63,850 nucleotides of DNA, filler included, from Rhabdomonas costata (GCA_019059605.1; 51 parts of 51 records of this genome joined end to end with filler, not necessarily neighbours in it), one strand, 5' to 3'; positions 39,155-52,394 are shown, counted from the first letter of the whole stretch. A program made the numbers and translations. Notes: generated from the letters alone by a model not told the origin.

Positions 39155-41409
39155 CTGTGCAAAGGAAAAAACTAACAAAAAACACCAAAGGCGGAGCTCA
39201 GTCCGTTCGTCTTTCAAAAAGACAACAGCGAACGAATTCAACATTTTTCCGTCGGATTTATTTTTTGTGGCTGGTGTCACAATTGAAAAGGTGAGGAGTG
39301 CAATAGAGTGAGAGATAAAAGCTCGGCTGTATAGGGGTTCGCAGGTTGCGACAGTTTGTGCAAGTTTCGAATCCAAATTTTTAAGAAGTATTTAATTAGG
39401 CATATAACACCTCCATCATGTACCTTATATGATAATATGCTTTTGATGTTTATTCAATGTTTCTCATAAAAATACGAAATATCGGGGAGAGGGCTCCACA
39501 TCACCCAATACTTGACCCAGGCTCGCTTCCGAGGAAAAATTGAGTTCACACTTTTGCTATATTAATTAAAATAATTTATTAATATTAACCTGGAATCCTG
39601 TTGTGCGGGACTAAATTCTCCTCACCAAATTAATATTGGATTTTCAAAAGCAATAATTTCTTCAGGAGTTTGAAACAACATCCAAAGTGAGCTCAATCAG
39701 AAAAAACCACCTCCGGGAGAAAACTCACAAACGGCTTGATCAGATGGAGGAACCTCATCTCTTTTAAAAAGAGACAGGTCTGTGTAAGATACCCAGGCAC
39801 TCGTCAGATGAGCAGGGCACATATGTTCCCCCGGGGCTCAGTGGAGCCTCCGGGGCAAAAAATTTTTCCATGTGGAGCTGAAAATATTTCTGCTAAGACA
39901 ACGAGGGTTGGAGCGGGTTGGTCGCACAACAAACAAAGGACTCTGACAACAGACGTGATCTATCATCACTCCTGCAAACCAGATTGCGTCGCCTTTGGAA
40001 GAGTCCTTTGTTTGTTGTGCGACCACCCCCCNNNNNNNNNNNNNNNNNNNNNNNNNNNNNNNNNNNNNNNNNNNNTTAATTAATTAANNNNNNNNNNNNN
40101 NNNNNNNNNNNNNNNNNNNNNNNNNNNNNNNGTCCTCCGCTTCCGCCACTGCCGGTGCCATTACCCCCGCTGCTCCCGGACGAAGCTGGCACAGATAGAA
40201 GCAGAGGACAATTTGGGCAGTGCCACATTTTCACAGGTCTTCACAGAAAGTAAGCTCACGACAGCCTCTCTACAACACCGCCCATGAGGGTGGGAAATTG
40301 TGGACCAGTTGTGGTTGTGCCTTTGTGTGATTTTCGGTGATTTTTCGCCATCCTTGCAAGCAACCACAGAAGAGTCCTGTTGTTCAAGAGGGTGAGTTGG
40401 ACGAGCTCGGATCAGCGATGGGTGGAAACCTGCACGTCAAAAGGATAGTAATTCTGGAAAGAAGTGTCCTGTCGAAAACAAATCAAGCGCAAAAAAAAAA
40501 ACCTGCAATATCACCGGTAATCTGGGTCTGCATATCATACTGGGATCCTATTGCATGTTGCCTGGTTAGCGGGCATCCCACGTCTGACAGCAGAGCTATA
40601 GGATCCTCCGTGCGAGCACCCAGGCTGCGCGCGTATTAGGTTAGGAGCAGCTTTTCATTCCATCATCGCTCTCCTCCATGTGTGTGCGTGTTTCTTTTCC
40701 GTATTTTCTTCGCCCAAATATACACAAGCGCGGACAAACAGACACAGCTGTCCCTAAGGCAAAGAAGAATATCCTCCTCGCAGAGTAAACCGGTTACGAT
40801 TCTGGCGTTGCCAAATTCCAAGCGCCTATCCCACTACCCCAAGGGTGGTCGAATTCCGCGCAAGCGGTCCTCACAGACCCTTCCTCGCATCGTTCACGCC
40901 CGAGGGTGCACAGAGTTGAGCATTTCAAGCTCCTTCCTGTTACGAGTTCTGGACACTCTGCCCACGCACACGCACACCCGAGCAGCAGTCGCTTTGGCTG
41001 CACACGGAGGTGGAGCAAACTGTGCCGACGCTGTTTACGACGTAGCCGGTAGGGCAGGCCGAGTAGTAGGTCGCACACGTCGGGTTGGCTGAATCAAAAA
41101 AATCAACGCCAAGAGTGCTCCAATGCAGAACCTATCACAGGGAAACACTCCCTTCCCTCACTTCGATCCTCTAAATCATTCCCTTCACTCACCATTAAGA
41201 ATAAAGTTGATACCCTTCATTCAAACAAAGCACAGAGACGCAAAATGATGCCCTTGCAGCGCACAGCATCGGGAAAAACACCACCNNNNNNNNNNNNNNN
41301 NNNNNNNNNNNNNNNNNNNNNNNNNNNNNTTAATTAATTAANNNNNNNNNNNNNNNNNNNNNNNNNNNNNNNNNNNNNNNNNNNNGTTGTTGGGTGTGGT
41401 TGGTTGGTT

Positions 41410-41535
41410 GGTGTCTCCGAATGGATTTGACTCATTGCTGTAGCCCAGCAGTGCCTCCTCCTTTGCCTTCTTTTCCTGCTTCAGCTGCTTCTTGAGCAAC
41501 CGTCGCTTATACTTCTCCTCGGGTGTTTCCAAAGC
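41410..41535 (-). CDS. CACTIN: Cactin, exon
   Basis: ETPEEKYKRRLLKK...GYSNESNPFGD, the cactin N-terminal conserved block. Confidence 0.88.
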
Positions 41536-42235
41536 CTTTTGAAGGTCCTTGTCAGCCACTGTTCTTGAGGAACACGACATAATTGAGGGAAAAGAGCTGA
41601 AGCGTGGTGAATTTGAGTTCATTCGCACACGAGCAGAGCCAATTTCAGCAGGCTCCAAAGTTCACACGCCCTCACGCCTCTCCTCCTGTAACTTAGGGGC
41701 CTCTTGAGTTCTTTTGTTGCTTAAAAACATTGCACTGCTTTTTCGCACACCTTGAACACTACGTGAGCTGATAGCGGGTTGGATATCTGAGAGTTGAAAA
41801 AAATTCATCGCAATCAGTTGGATCCAGAAAGCGAAATCCCCTAGAGTTCGGATTGCCCTCATCTTACGGGTGAAAACATTGAAGGAAAAGAAGGAAGCCA
41901 CGACAAATGCCAGACAAGTCTGCTTTCATAAATTTCAGTTTTCGTTTCCCGTCTCTCCACCTAGTGCCACCTAGTCTCTCCACCTAGTGCCACCAAGCAG
42001 TTTCCAAGGACGTCTGCTAAAATGCCATCTGAAACCAGCTGTCGCCAGCTGTCGCCAATGCAATTGTTTTGGTCGGCGTTTCGGCAGACCCATGCTCCGG
42101 CCAAAACTGGCTTAACAAGAAAAAACAACATGCTTGACCGTGCAAACTTCAGAAACCAGACTGAGAGGCGGTTCCGTCCGGCGGAAAGGTGACTCATCCT
42201 TGTGCTGCTGGGGCTTCGCGGCTTTCGTCCGGAAT

Positions 42236-42523
42236 TCAACAATGAAATCAACAATGAAATCAGCAGATTAACAAAACACAAGACACAGGCAATGCTATTG
42301 TAATCAACAGCTGGCAACACAAATTAAAGTACAGAATAAAAAATGGCAGCAACTGGATCTGTACAGCCTTTTCGCCCGCAAAGTAATGGCGCGACGGTGG
42401 TCTCAGTTTCTGCCATTTTTTATTCTGTACTTTAATTTGTGTTGCCAGCTGTTGATTACAATAGCATTGCCTGTGTCTTGTGTTTTATTAATCTGCTGAT
42501 TTAATTGTTGATTTCATTGTTGA
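42236..42523. repeat. Long imperfect inverted repeat (arms 42236-42355 and 42404-42523), fold-back/MITE-like
   Basis: About 120-bp arms with about 3 mismatches and an about 48-bp spacer. Confidence 0.8.
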
Positions 42524-42930
42524 TTTCCCACACAACCNNNNNNNNNNNNNNNNNNNNNNNNNNNNNNNNNNNNNNNNNNNNTTAATTAATTAANNNNNNN
42601 NNNNNNNNNNNNNNNNNNNNNNNNNNNNNNNNNNNNNGGGTTTTTTTTTATTGCAGACCTTTGCCCAGGCCGTACCACGCCCGGTAGTCCCGAGGGCAAA
42701 GGTCTGCAATAAAAAGAAAGACGCAAAATCCATTTGAAAAACAGAAGCACACACAAAGTTCTTAGCCAGAAGGCGGACTCGCCTTTCACTGATTCATGGA
42801 CAACCAAGACGTCGGCATGCGTTTTTTTCCCAATCTCCTTTCGATTACGCCCTTTTGCAAATGATGGGAGTCGGACTTGCACATCTTCCAAACCAGCATC
42901 ACAGATCAAGAAGGATGGCAAGCAAAGAAC

Positions 42931-43409
42931 CTACAGCGTGACGGTAGGCGTCGATCGCAGAGGGGGTGTTCTTAAGCTCGACGTACTCATGGCCCATGAG
43001 GGTCCATGCGCTGAGGCACTTGGGGTCCACCCGCAGCGCTCGCTGGAAGTACACTACCGCCTTCTCGTGCTGCTCCTTCAGCGAGTAGTAGTTCCCTTCC
43101 AACAAAAGCAGCAACAAAACGATGGCGATTCCTCACGAACCCAATCCTGACCTGATCCTGAACCGAAGTCTACAAAGCACATGGGGCGGCAGGATGAACA
43201 TCACCAATGAATTCGCATTCCCGAAGGTGTCGTGCGGTGAGCTGGTCATGTCCTGGTCCCGTTGCCATAAGCTCGCCGAAAAAGCGTAAAGCAAATAAGG
43301 ATACCCCCCTACACGCTCGGATGAATACCAACGATGCAGTTTGTCTCGGGGCGAAACTTGTCGATCAGAAACGCGCGGTGAGCTAAGGAGCTCAGCGCAA
43401 TCTTCTCGC
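42931..43409 (-). CDS. CDC23: Anaphase-promoting complex subunit 8 (exons 43409-43329, 43095-42931)
   Basis: [77 protein letters not shown]. Confidence 0.96.
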
Positions 43410-46400
43410 CTGTGCAGACCACGAAAAAGCGTTTCCGTCAGGGTGAGTACAATTCGTGCTTCCAGAAGAAGTACACGATAAGGAGTAACAGCCCTCACGG
43501 CAAAAGAGAGCAAAGTATATCCATTGCTGGCAGGGAACTGTGTCGCCCTCATAGAATAGTTTGCTGCACTCTTGAATCCGAACCAAACAGTGTTCTGGCA
43601 GGTCGACCTGTGGTGGTTGTGCCTTTTTTGTCATTGGCGATTGTTCGGCATCCCTGCAACCGACGAGGGGCGGAGGAGTGGAAAAGAGCAAGTTCGCAGC
43701 TCTCAGTCTCAGCCTCGCTCGGCAGCCTCCGCCCACTCTCCGACACCCTCTCTTCGGCTTCTCTGGAGCTCCTGCTGGGCCACACCCAACCNNNNNNNNN
43801 NNNNNNNNNNNNNNNNNNNNNNNNNNNNNNNNNNNTTAATTAATTAANNNNNNNNNNNNNNNNNNNNNNNNNNNNNNNNNNNNNNNNNNNNGTGGGGGGG
43901 TGGAATCCAGAGTCCGCACAAGTTCAGAAACACCGCCTGCATTCCACTACGCACTGAATCGTATTACTGCAGAAAAATGCTCAAAATTTTACACCCTCCG
44001 AATCGCTATTACGTGGAAAAATGTTCGCATTGTGGCACTGCCAAGCCAAACTACATAGCTCGTGAAATTAAAATGTCCACGGCGATATAATATTCGGAAA
44101 TTCGGAAATCCCGAAACTCAGAATTTAGTATGTTACGAGATTCCAATTCAAGTCGTGGGAACGCTATAAAATGCCGGGATGCATACGATATGTTTTAAAC
44201 GTTTTCATGCTACTAAGGCTAAAAAGCACGTTTTCTGAGTTTACGGTGTAACGTGCTATAGAACTTTCCGCTTGCCTGAGCTGGCCGAAAATCCGACCGC
44301 CAGACCGATCGCAGAGAGGGGGGACAGCCATTTACACAGGGACATGGGCACTGCATGCCTCTGCGTAGGCCGAGCTTCGACCGGGAGGTGAAGTGGACGC
44401 GAATCGAGGTCGAACTCGGAAAGAAAACCGGAAAACACCTCTGAGAATCATCCTTTGTTCCAGTCACGGAAGACGGCACAACAAAAACGTTACTGAAATG
44501 CAAAATAAAATCCACAGGAGCGGGCGGGCAGCCGCAGTGTAAAACTTGGCTTGCGAAAAGTCAACAAAAATTACGAAAGCTTTTTTAATCACTGGGATTT
44601 CAAGTTGAATTTCCAACTCTCCTCAATTTAACCAATTCAACCGTCAATCACATCACAACCAACAAGGACAGGTTTGCCAAGATGTTAAACTTCGATTGCA
44701 ACAAAACTCTTCAGCCAGGCCTTTTCTCTCTGAGCTTCCCAGCTTCCCTGTCTCCTCGCAAAAGCGCAAAGGCAAGCCCCAGAGCAACCAGAACAGCTAA
44801 ACAACCAACGGATACATCTGCGGCAGTGTGGACAGCTCAATTGGCAAAGAAAGGGGTAGCACATCGGAACGATGACGAAAGACAAAAGGGAGAATATCTT
44901 ATTTAATATGAGAGAAAGGAGAACCAGTGGAGAGGGGCAGCATAACATTCCAAGCCAATGCTGCACAACTGTCCACCAGAACATGTGGGCACTCAAAAGG
45001 AAGAGACAGCGCACCAACTCCCCGAAGCAGAAGTGCCATGTTACTNNNNNNNNNNNNNNNNNNNNNNNNNNNNNNNNNNNNNNNNNNNNTTAATTAATTA
45101 ANNNNNNNNNNNNNNNNNNNNNNNNNNNNNNNNNNNNNNNNNNNNATGGTAGTGTGTTTGTTTGTGTGTGTGTGTGTTTGCGTTTGTTTCCGTTTGAATT
45201 CGGCATGACTGATATCGGTAAGACCAATTCACCTGCACACCTACACAAAGCATATTCACAAGCAGGGAGGGGAAAAACCATCACCGCCCTCTGCTCTCGC
45301 GGTTCTGCGGTTTCTAATGACAGGCCGCGGGTTTTAGCCCAGCACTACCAGCGCTTGCGGGCAGTGAAAAAACGATCCAAAAAATGAATGTGAGCACCTC
45401 CCCCCCTCCGGAAGAGTCAAATCTCCACCATTAGAGGTTCCCTGCACATTGCAACTCTATCCCCCAGCGATTCCAACCTTTGAGCAGAAGCAGGGGTGCA
45501 GACCTCGGAAGGCTGGCCTAGACATTCCTGCGCCTCTGTAAGCAGCCGCTGGGCAGACTGCCGCTTGGCGTCTTCCATCTGACCCCAGGACTCGCTCTGT
45601 GGCACCACCCAATTTGCACTCCCTTTTATTCGAAACGAATGCACAGACGCATATCCACACACAACCACACGAGACACGGGTGTAGCACAGAAGGCACAAG
45701 GCGGGGCGAGGAGTTACCATCCACATCGTGTGTTTATGCATAGAGAAAACCCGAGGTACGTGAAGAACCGCGAGAAAAAAAAGACGCGGCGTGGGTTCGG
45801 CTCTCCACAGATTTCACGCTGATGCTGACAATGGAACACTATGACCCCCCTGGCGCAAAAAAAACCCTGCCCGAGCCGCATACAGATCACACAGCTACTC
45901 AGGGGGGAGCGAGTATCACTACATTGGATGGGACACCCCTCACATCCGCGACATGGCGGGGGCTGGGCACGCTGGGACGAGGATGTTGGTGGAGTAGCTA
46001 CGGGATTTAATACCCCTTCAGCACAAAATATCGTACCCCGAAGTCAGATCCTTAGCTAATGAAAAAAGTTACATTAAATTAACACAAAGAAAAACGCCCC
46101 CAAACAGAAGCAAGGATTCTCTACACCTACAACAGACCTGCAGGAGCTGTGTCACCACGGCCTGGGTCGGGCCGAGACTGGCAAGGGGATCGACAACCAC
46201 GGCCCCCGCGGGCGGGAGCTGGCAGAGCTCCTGCAGCAGGGCAGAGAGCTGCCGGTTGGAGGCCATCAGTGCCTCTTCCATCACAACACAACCAAAAAAN
46301 NNNNNNNNNNNNNNNNNNNNNNNNNNNNNNNNNNNNNNNNNNNTTAATTAATTAANNNNNNNNNNNNNNNNNNNNNNNNNNNNNNNNNNNNNNNNNNNNG

Positions 46401-47189
46401 GTGTTTGGTGGCTCCTTGGAGTTGACGAAGCCAGCCTTCTCCAAAGTCGTTGCCGGGTTTGGGTCGGTCCTCAGGATGACCCCCGACCCAAACCCGGCAA
46501 CGACTTTGGAGAAGGCTGGCTTCGTCAACTCCAAGGAGCCATCAAAGATCCCCGGAGCAAACTTCCGGTACACCTCTGAAAGGGCGCACAGTTCGTCCCT
46601 GTGCCAGTCTACAGGGGCTTTCTTTTCGTTTGCGGACCTTCTACACGTTCGACGACAACCGCTTCGAACGCGCAACGAAAACAAGACGAACGAAAGATAC
46701 ATGGGAGCCAGTGGACCTAGACAAGGCCGAATTAAAATACAGAGAAGGAGAGAAGGGGTAATGGGGGCAGGTTTGTCGTTGTCTTTTTCCTTTCAGCAGA
46801 AGGACAGTCATTGGGTCAAGTGTCAAGTCTCAAGTGCATCTATCTTGGGGGAGGGGTTGCATTAGCTCAAATCTTGGCGAAGCTGTGAGCTCGCCTTCGG
46901 TAATGAGTCTCATCAAAACCAGCGACAAGCCATAAATGTTCACAGCTCCCAGAGCGAGAAGCATCGGCCACAGTTCGGAGTTTACGGTGTACAACGCACC
47001 TCAAACTATTATCCTTCTCAACATGGGCACGAAAAAAGTTTGGAGCCAGGTTCACACAATGGGCCAAAATAAAAAACCGAAAAAAGGTAAACGCTGGCTG
47101 ATTGGTCGTTGCTTTTTTTCCTTCATTAGCAGCAGTCATCAGCTCACCTCAGGGCTCCAAGTCCTTCGGTGCAAAACAGAAGCTATCGA

Positions 47190-47517
47190 TCACAGCAGCC
47201 GGAGCACGCACAAGAGAAAACCAATGAGCACACCCACGGTGGCCACCGCAGGTGCCACCTTCGAGACAACGTCGGCGTAGGACTCGATTGCCCGCACAGG
47301 GCCATCTTCCGCAAGAGGTGCCAAGGCCACACCGCCATGTGAGGTTACCCCACCCTCAATACGATCCGAACCGCAGGCAAGGGCATGATGTTCCCGCATT
47401 GTCTCGAATTCGGGCAGGGCTTGACGCAGCCTAACTTTGTTCACCTGGGACTGGATGTATACTCCCATCAACACGGCAGGCCCAAACATGCGCGCCAGTG
47501 CTAGGAACCTGGAGCGG
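47190..47517 (-). CDS. Unidentified probable exon; a second candidate exon lies at ~46625-46468
   Basis: Open frame FLALARMFGPAVLMGVYIQSQVNKVRLRQALPEF...; boundaries uncertain. Confidence 0.35.
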
Positions 47518-47809
47518 CTCATTAGGAGCAACGAGTGGGATTAACCCAAAACANNNNNNNNNNNNNNNNNNNNNNNNNNNNNNNNNNNNNNNNNNNNTTA
47601 ATTAATTAANNNNNNNNNNNNNNNNNNNNNNNNNNNNNNNNNNNNNNNNNNNNGGGTGTTTTGTGCCTGCTCCATCCCTTCCTCTCTTTCTCTTCTTGAT
47701 TGACCATCTGTATACAAAAAGTTTCGTCCCCCTCATGGAATACAGCAACTGAAGTTGCTGCCGTGAACAAATGAGATGCGCGGATGCCATGAGGAGGAGG
47801 GGGTTATAC

Positions 47810-48696
47810 GATTAGGAGGGCATCCAGCACCGCCGTGCGGATGTCGTAGTTGGGCAGCCCGGCAAGGCGCTGCCCCGGGGCCTTGGAGGGGGGCGCCAGC
47901 CAATCCGAGAGCACGACCAGAAGCTTGTCCCGGATCAGGAACTCGTGCAGGTAAGCCCTGCGCCGGGCCCAAGCGAGTGTGCAAGCCCGTTCCAGTTGCC
48001 ATTCGCCCTATCCGTCATTACTCAAACCTCACATCAGCCCCGAGCCCCAATACCGGCGCAACTTTGTTTTCACCGTGAAGCACAGGCTCGCCCTTAAGAC
48101 ATATCCAAAGCCGAATTCGTGCATCTGCGCCATTGAGGGCAGCTCCCAAAGAAAGTAAGACAGCGCCGCACTTTGCCAGCGCAGATTTCACTTCGGCCAG
48201 CAGCCGCAACTTTGCCACCCCCGGACGGTTCTCGCGGAGCGCCGTCTTGTCGTCCGCATCCGCGTCGATCATTTTCACCACAAGTGCCTGCGGCAACCCA
48301 GCCCTGGTACCCCCTTATTACAATCTTAGTAGAGACTGAGTGGGCTCCCTGGATTCGAATCCCACCCCAGCGATTGTGGGACGAGGCGATATGGGGAGTC
48401 TCGGAGGTGAACCCGCGACTCTTGGCACGGGTGCCACATGCTTGCCCCCACTGGAGATATTTTCGACTCACCCGCGTTACCAAGGGCCTGGGAAGGGCCC
48501 TTCTTGACGTTGTCGGCAGACCATGTCCCTTGTCCTGGATAAAATAAAAGGTGGGAGGACACCGCGCGCACACCACGGCCACGGGGTAAGCCTTGTGGTC
48601 GAAGTTGACGTCCACCCGGGCGTCGAAAAGCTTGCGCAGCACGGCAAGCTTCCCCTCTGCTGCAGTGCGGTGCACAGCCACCACCACATCAAAGGC
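47810..48696 (-). CDS. IWS1: Transcription elongation factor IWS1/Spn1 (exons 48696-48574, 48287-48172, 47957-47810)
   Basis: ALVVKMIDADADDKTALRENRPGVAKLRLLAEVKSALAK|AYLHEFL...LSDWLAP...LPNYDIRTAVLDAL matches the IWS1 core; GT-AG introns in frame. Confidence 0.85.
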
Positions 48697-48906
48697 CTTG
48701 CAAAGGGAGAAGGGCAGGAACAGTGCAATATCTAACACAGCGCCCCAAGTGTGCCAACAGATCATGTTTCGATGGTGCTGAGGACTTTACTCCCCCACCC
48801 CCACCCNNNNNNNNNNNNNNNNNNNNNNNNNNNNNNNNNNNNNNNNNNNNTTAATTAATTAANNNNNNNNNNNNNNNNNNNNNNNNNNNNNNNNNNNNNN
48901 NNNNNN

Positions 48907-50062
48907 TGCTGGATTTTGAAGCGAATTGTGAAGCTCTGTGGAAGGATATTTGAGGATTGGGGTGTATAGAGTTCGGGTTTGAATCTGGGGGCAGCTTTTG
49001 GTGGAGTTCTGAGTTTACGGTGTAACGTACTTTGCGATGGTATGTGACGGATTTGGCCATGTAGCGAAAGTTTAGCTCCAGAAGCCCAAAAGTGTCTGCT
49101 TACAGGCGTTACTGGTAAAAAAGCCACATACCAGCGGCCGAAAAATTTCGGGCACCACACCAGCGATGGAGCATTGCTATGCGCTGCATTTGCACCGTTA
49201 TTGGTGCGCATTCGTTTTTAACCAAAACCATCACCCATAATGCGAAACGCCTCCGTTTGAAAACATTTCTGAAACTCTCACTTTTGAGGTGGCGCGGGCA
49301 AACACCTGCTGCCTGGCGCACACCACAACGTGTTTTGCACCTTGGCCCGGGTCACGTCAAAAGTGAGAGTTCGAGCAGAAGCATAATCTAGCCTGTAAAA
49401 GTTGAAGACTGGACCTCAAAACCGGGTATTTGAGTGCCTCCAGTAAGGGCGCAAGGGGCGCATGCTTTGTAAAGCTCCCTGGGAACACCTGCCTGTGAGG
49501 CGTACTTTGGGCTGCTGCCGCACAGCGTTTCATGCAAGGTAAGTAACACCCGGAAACTCAGAAAATGGTATGTGACGGTTTTCCATTCGAAGTCTTTTTA
49601 GCCTGTATACATGCCGCTGTCCGGGGACGTGACATGTGGTTAACCCGAAATGTTTTCTGGGGCGCAAGCTGAAAAATCGGTGATATATGGAGAACTGCTT
49701 AGTGAATGATGCGCCGAAGGCGCGGCTTTTTTGGGGTGATTCCGCGTTTGTGCTGGATTTTGAAGCGAATTGTGAAGCTCTGTGGAAGGATATTTGAGGA
49801 TTGGGGTGTATAGAGTTCGGGTTTGAATCTGGGGGCAGCTTTTGGTGGAGTTCTGAGTTTACGGTGTAACGTACTTTGCGATGGTACGTGTGACAGATTC
49901 TGTGCAGTTATTTTCCTTCATAATGGCTAAAAAGCGCTTCCTTTTTGAGTGTGGAAGCCAGGATACCAGCGGCCGCAATGTTCGAAAAACGCGGCGGCGG
50001 TGGGGCACTGGTGCCTCGGGGGCAGAGAGAACACGACGGTGGCGTGCGAAAAAATCTGCCCA
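48907..50062 (+). repeat. Repeat-family contig with an ~844-bp period direct repeat (48907-49041 = 49751-49885)
   Basis: About 135 identical bp, then diverged similarity (ataccagcggccg at ~49128 and ~49963); related motifs at 44112-44260. Confidence 0.85.
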
Positions 50063-50173
50063 NNNNNNNNNNNNNNNNNNNNNNNNNNNNNNNNNNNNNN
50101 NNNNNNTTAATTAATTAANNNNNNNNNNNNNNNNNNNNNNNNNNNNNNNNNNNNNNNNNNNNGGGGTGTTGGA

Positions 50174-50487
50174 GTGAAACTCGCTGTCAGCAACTTCCGC
50201 TTCACAGCGAGTTTCACTCCAACAGTCACCTTCTCCCGGTCCAGTGGCACGTTCTCAACGTTTTACATGTACAGCTGCTCCTTTCCCTCGGGTGTGGTGC
50301 TCAACTTTTTGAGCTCGGTTTCCAGCTTGTACTTCCACACAAATACCATCTGTGGCAGCGTGTCCTTATCTGGAACCATTACCAGTGGCAGCGTGTACAG
50401 CAACAGAGTCTCCTTCAGCTCCTCCACTCTGCAGTCCTTGTTCCCGTCGCTGTCCAGTGGCAGCTTCTACGGCAATACCTTCAGTGG
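50174..50487 (+). CDS. Ser-rich extracellular beta-solenoid/LRR-like exon
   Basis: Periodic LYFHTNTICG, GSVYSNRVSF, GSFYGNTFSG units. Confidence 0.45.
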
Positions 50488-51841
50488 TTTGCTGCGTTTT
50501 GTTGGTCTTTTTTTTTTTTGGTTTTACAGGTTTTGCCACTGAGGTTGACGTGCACTGGTTATGATTAGGGTTTCGGTTGCACGTGGGCCTGTGATTTACG
50601 CGCTGCGACATGGTGACGTTCGTTTCGGTTGGTTTTCTGTGGAGGGGACCCCTTGCAGGCAGGTACCGTGACGGGCTCTCTGACCATCAAAGATGGCGTC
50701 AACCCAGCTGCAGACTGGGGTGTAGCTCGCAAGTTTAGAAGCCGATGGATCGAAGTGGACCGGACCTGGGCTCTTGCTTAGGTTGACTGTGGTCGTCCCG
50801 GTCCAGAACTGCTCAACAACATGACTCCGTGGGTGGTGCTCTCTCCTCTCAGCCCAGCTGTGCTGCAACTTCAATTCTGTGACATGTACCAGCAATGGAG
50901 TAGTGTGGTTGCCGTACTCGACGGCTTGTACCAGCACTTCGTGCTCTTCGACGGACTGCTGTTCTGGTTGTGGCTGTCCACCCACGCACCCGCCCACACA
51001 AACTTTCTCTTCAGCTGCTGTTGCAGGAACAGGATGGCGTGGATCTTTAATGCGGGGGGAAAATACTCTAACATTCCCGATTATGGGAGATAGACAGTTG
51101 CCAGATTCTGATTGCTTCAGTCCCGTTGAATGTAAAGTGAATGAAATGAAGGTAGACTAGGTTTTGAAGAAACGCATCATCCATCATCCAGCATGCGCAT
51201 CGTCCCTCATGCGAGCATCTCCAACCGAAGTTGAGGTAAGATCTGGGTGTGCACATCAACTTTTTATCATCATCGCTACCAGCTAAACAGAACAAAAACA
51301 AAAGAAAACAAAAACNNNNNNNNNNNNNNNNNNNNNNNNNNNNNNNNNNNNNNNNNNNNTTAATTAATTAANNNNNNNNNNNNNNNNNNNNNNNNNNNNN
51401 NNNNNNNNNNNNNNNTTGGTGTGAAGGCCTGCACAGGTACTTGCCAGTGCGTTTGGGTCGAAAGAGTCAAAAAGAGGCAAAAAGGACCTCCAAGATATCA
51501 TAACTGGACGCAGCAATGTAGGAGAGGCTGTAAAGCAGCCAGGGAAAACTCAACAAAATAACCACCAAGCATCGGCCCAAAACGGCCAGCTCCAGCCACG
51601 CAGTCCATATCGTGTCAAGTCCTCCGGTTGGTTCCGGACCGAAAGAGGAGAGCGGATGGGTGCTGATGGAGGACCTCACGACGATCAGAGGACTCATGTA
51701 ATTGAGGTGAACTGCAAAAAACTGGTGGAAGAAGGACCAGATTTGTGTGTTTGTGAGCATGAGAGTTGAACCCGAAATTCTCGTGCCCGGACCCGCAGTC
51801 TCATTCTCGCCCCCGGGTTCCCACACCCTTTGTGCACAAAC

Positions 51842-52394
51842 CGTTCCCAGCTCAAATCGCTTCAGCAGCTTGGCCACTCGAACGACTCTCAGCATGCCAA
51901 AGGAGTACAGGACCTCACAGTACTCAGGGAACACCACGGCAAGCAGCGGCATCAATGAAAGCAGCGCAGCCTACGAGAGAGTGTGTGTACCGTACGTAAA
52001 CACCGCACACGTAAACGCGGACAATTAAACAGATGTCATCGACGCCTTGACGTGCCAGTGTGGTGTTCTAGCAACTGTAGTTTACTCGAAATTGTGCAAA
52101 AAAAACATCAAAGTGAGCTGTGGGGATGAAGTTGCAATGGAATTATTAATGGGTGCATGATCACAGAACCAGAACTCGAGAGTGCGAGCACACCCAGGTC
52201 TGGTACTTCCGCAGGTAGGACACCAGGTTGGGGCTAATCAGCATCTGCAGCACCTGGTCCATCACGAAGAACACAGAGATCACGGCCCAGGCAATCCAGT
52301 CCGCGGTCACAGGGCTCTGCCCCGGGCTCACGCACACCCCGCCCGTCTCAAAGCGGTACGTCTCGCTGACGTACAACACCACCGAGGCAATGGC
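51842..52394 (-). CDS. Voltage-sensor ion channel, BK/Slo-like S1-S4 (exons 52394-52194, 51970-51842)
   Basis: SVVLYVSETY...ISVFFVMD...|...FGMLRVVRVAKLLKRF (S4). Confidence 0.8.

Noticed and set aside
43500-43615. F-box-like DLPEHCLVRI peptide upstream of the CDC23 exons
   Set aside because: Too short, with no supporting splice structure.
44231-44260. TTTCTGAGT as a euglenid spliced-leader exon
   Set aside because: The match stops after about 9 nt, with no SL 3' T-tract or donor; it is part of repeat family B.
46409-46541. 59-bp perfect palindrome giving mirrored ORFs on both strands
   Set aside because: It copies coding-like sequence at the contig start; chimera rather than antisense gene or hairpin RNA.
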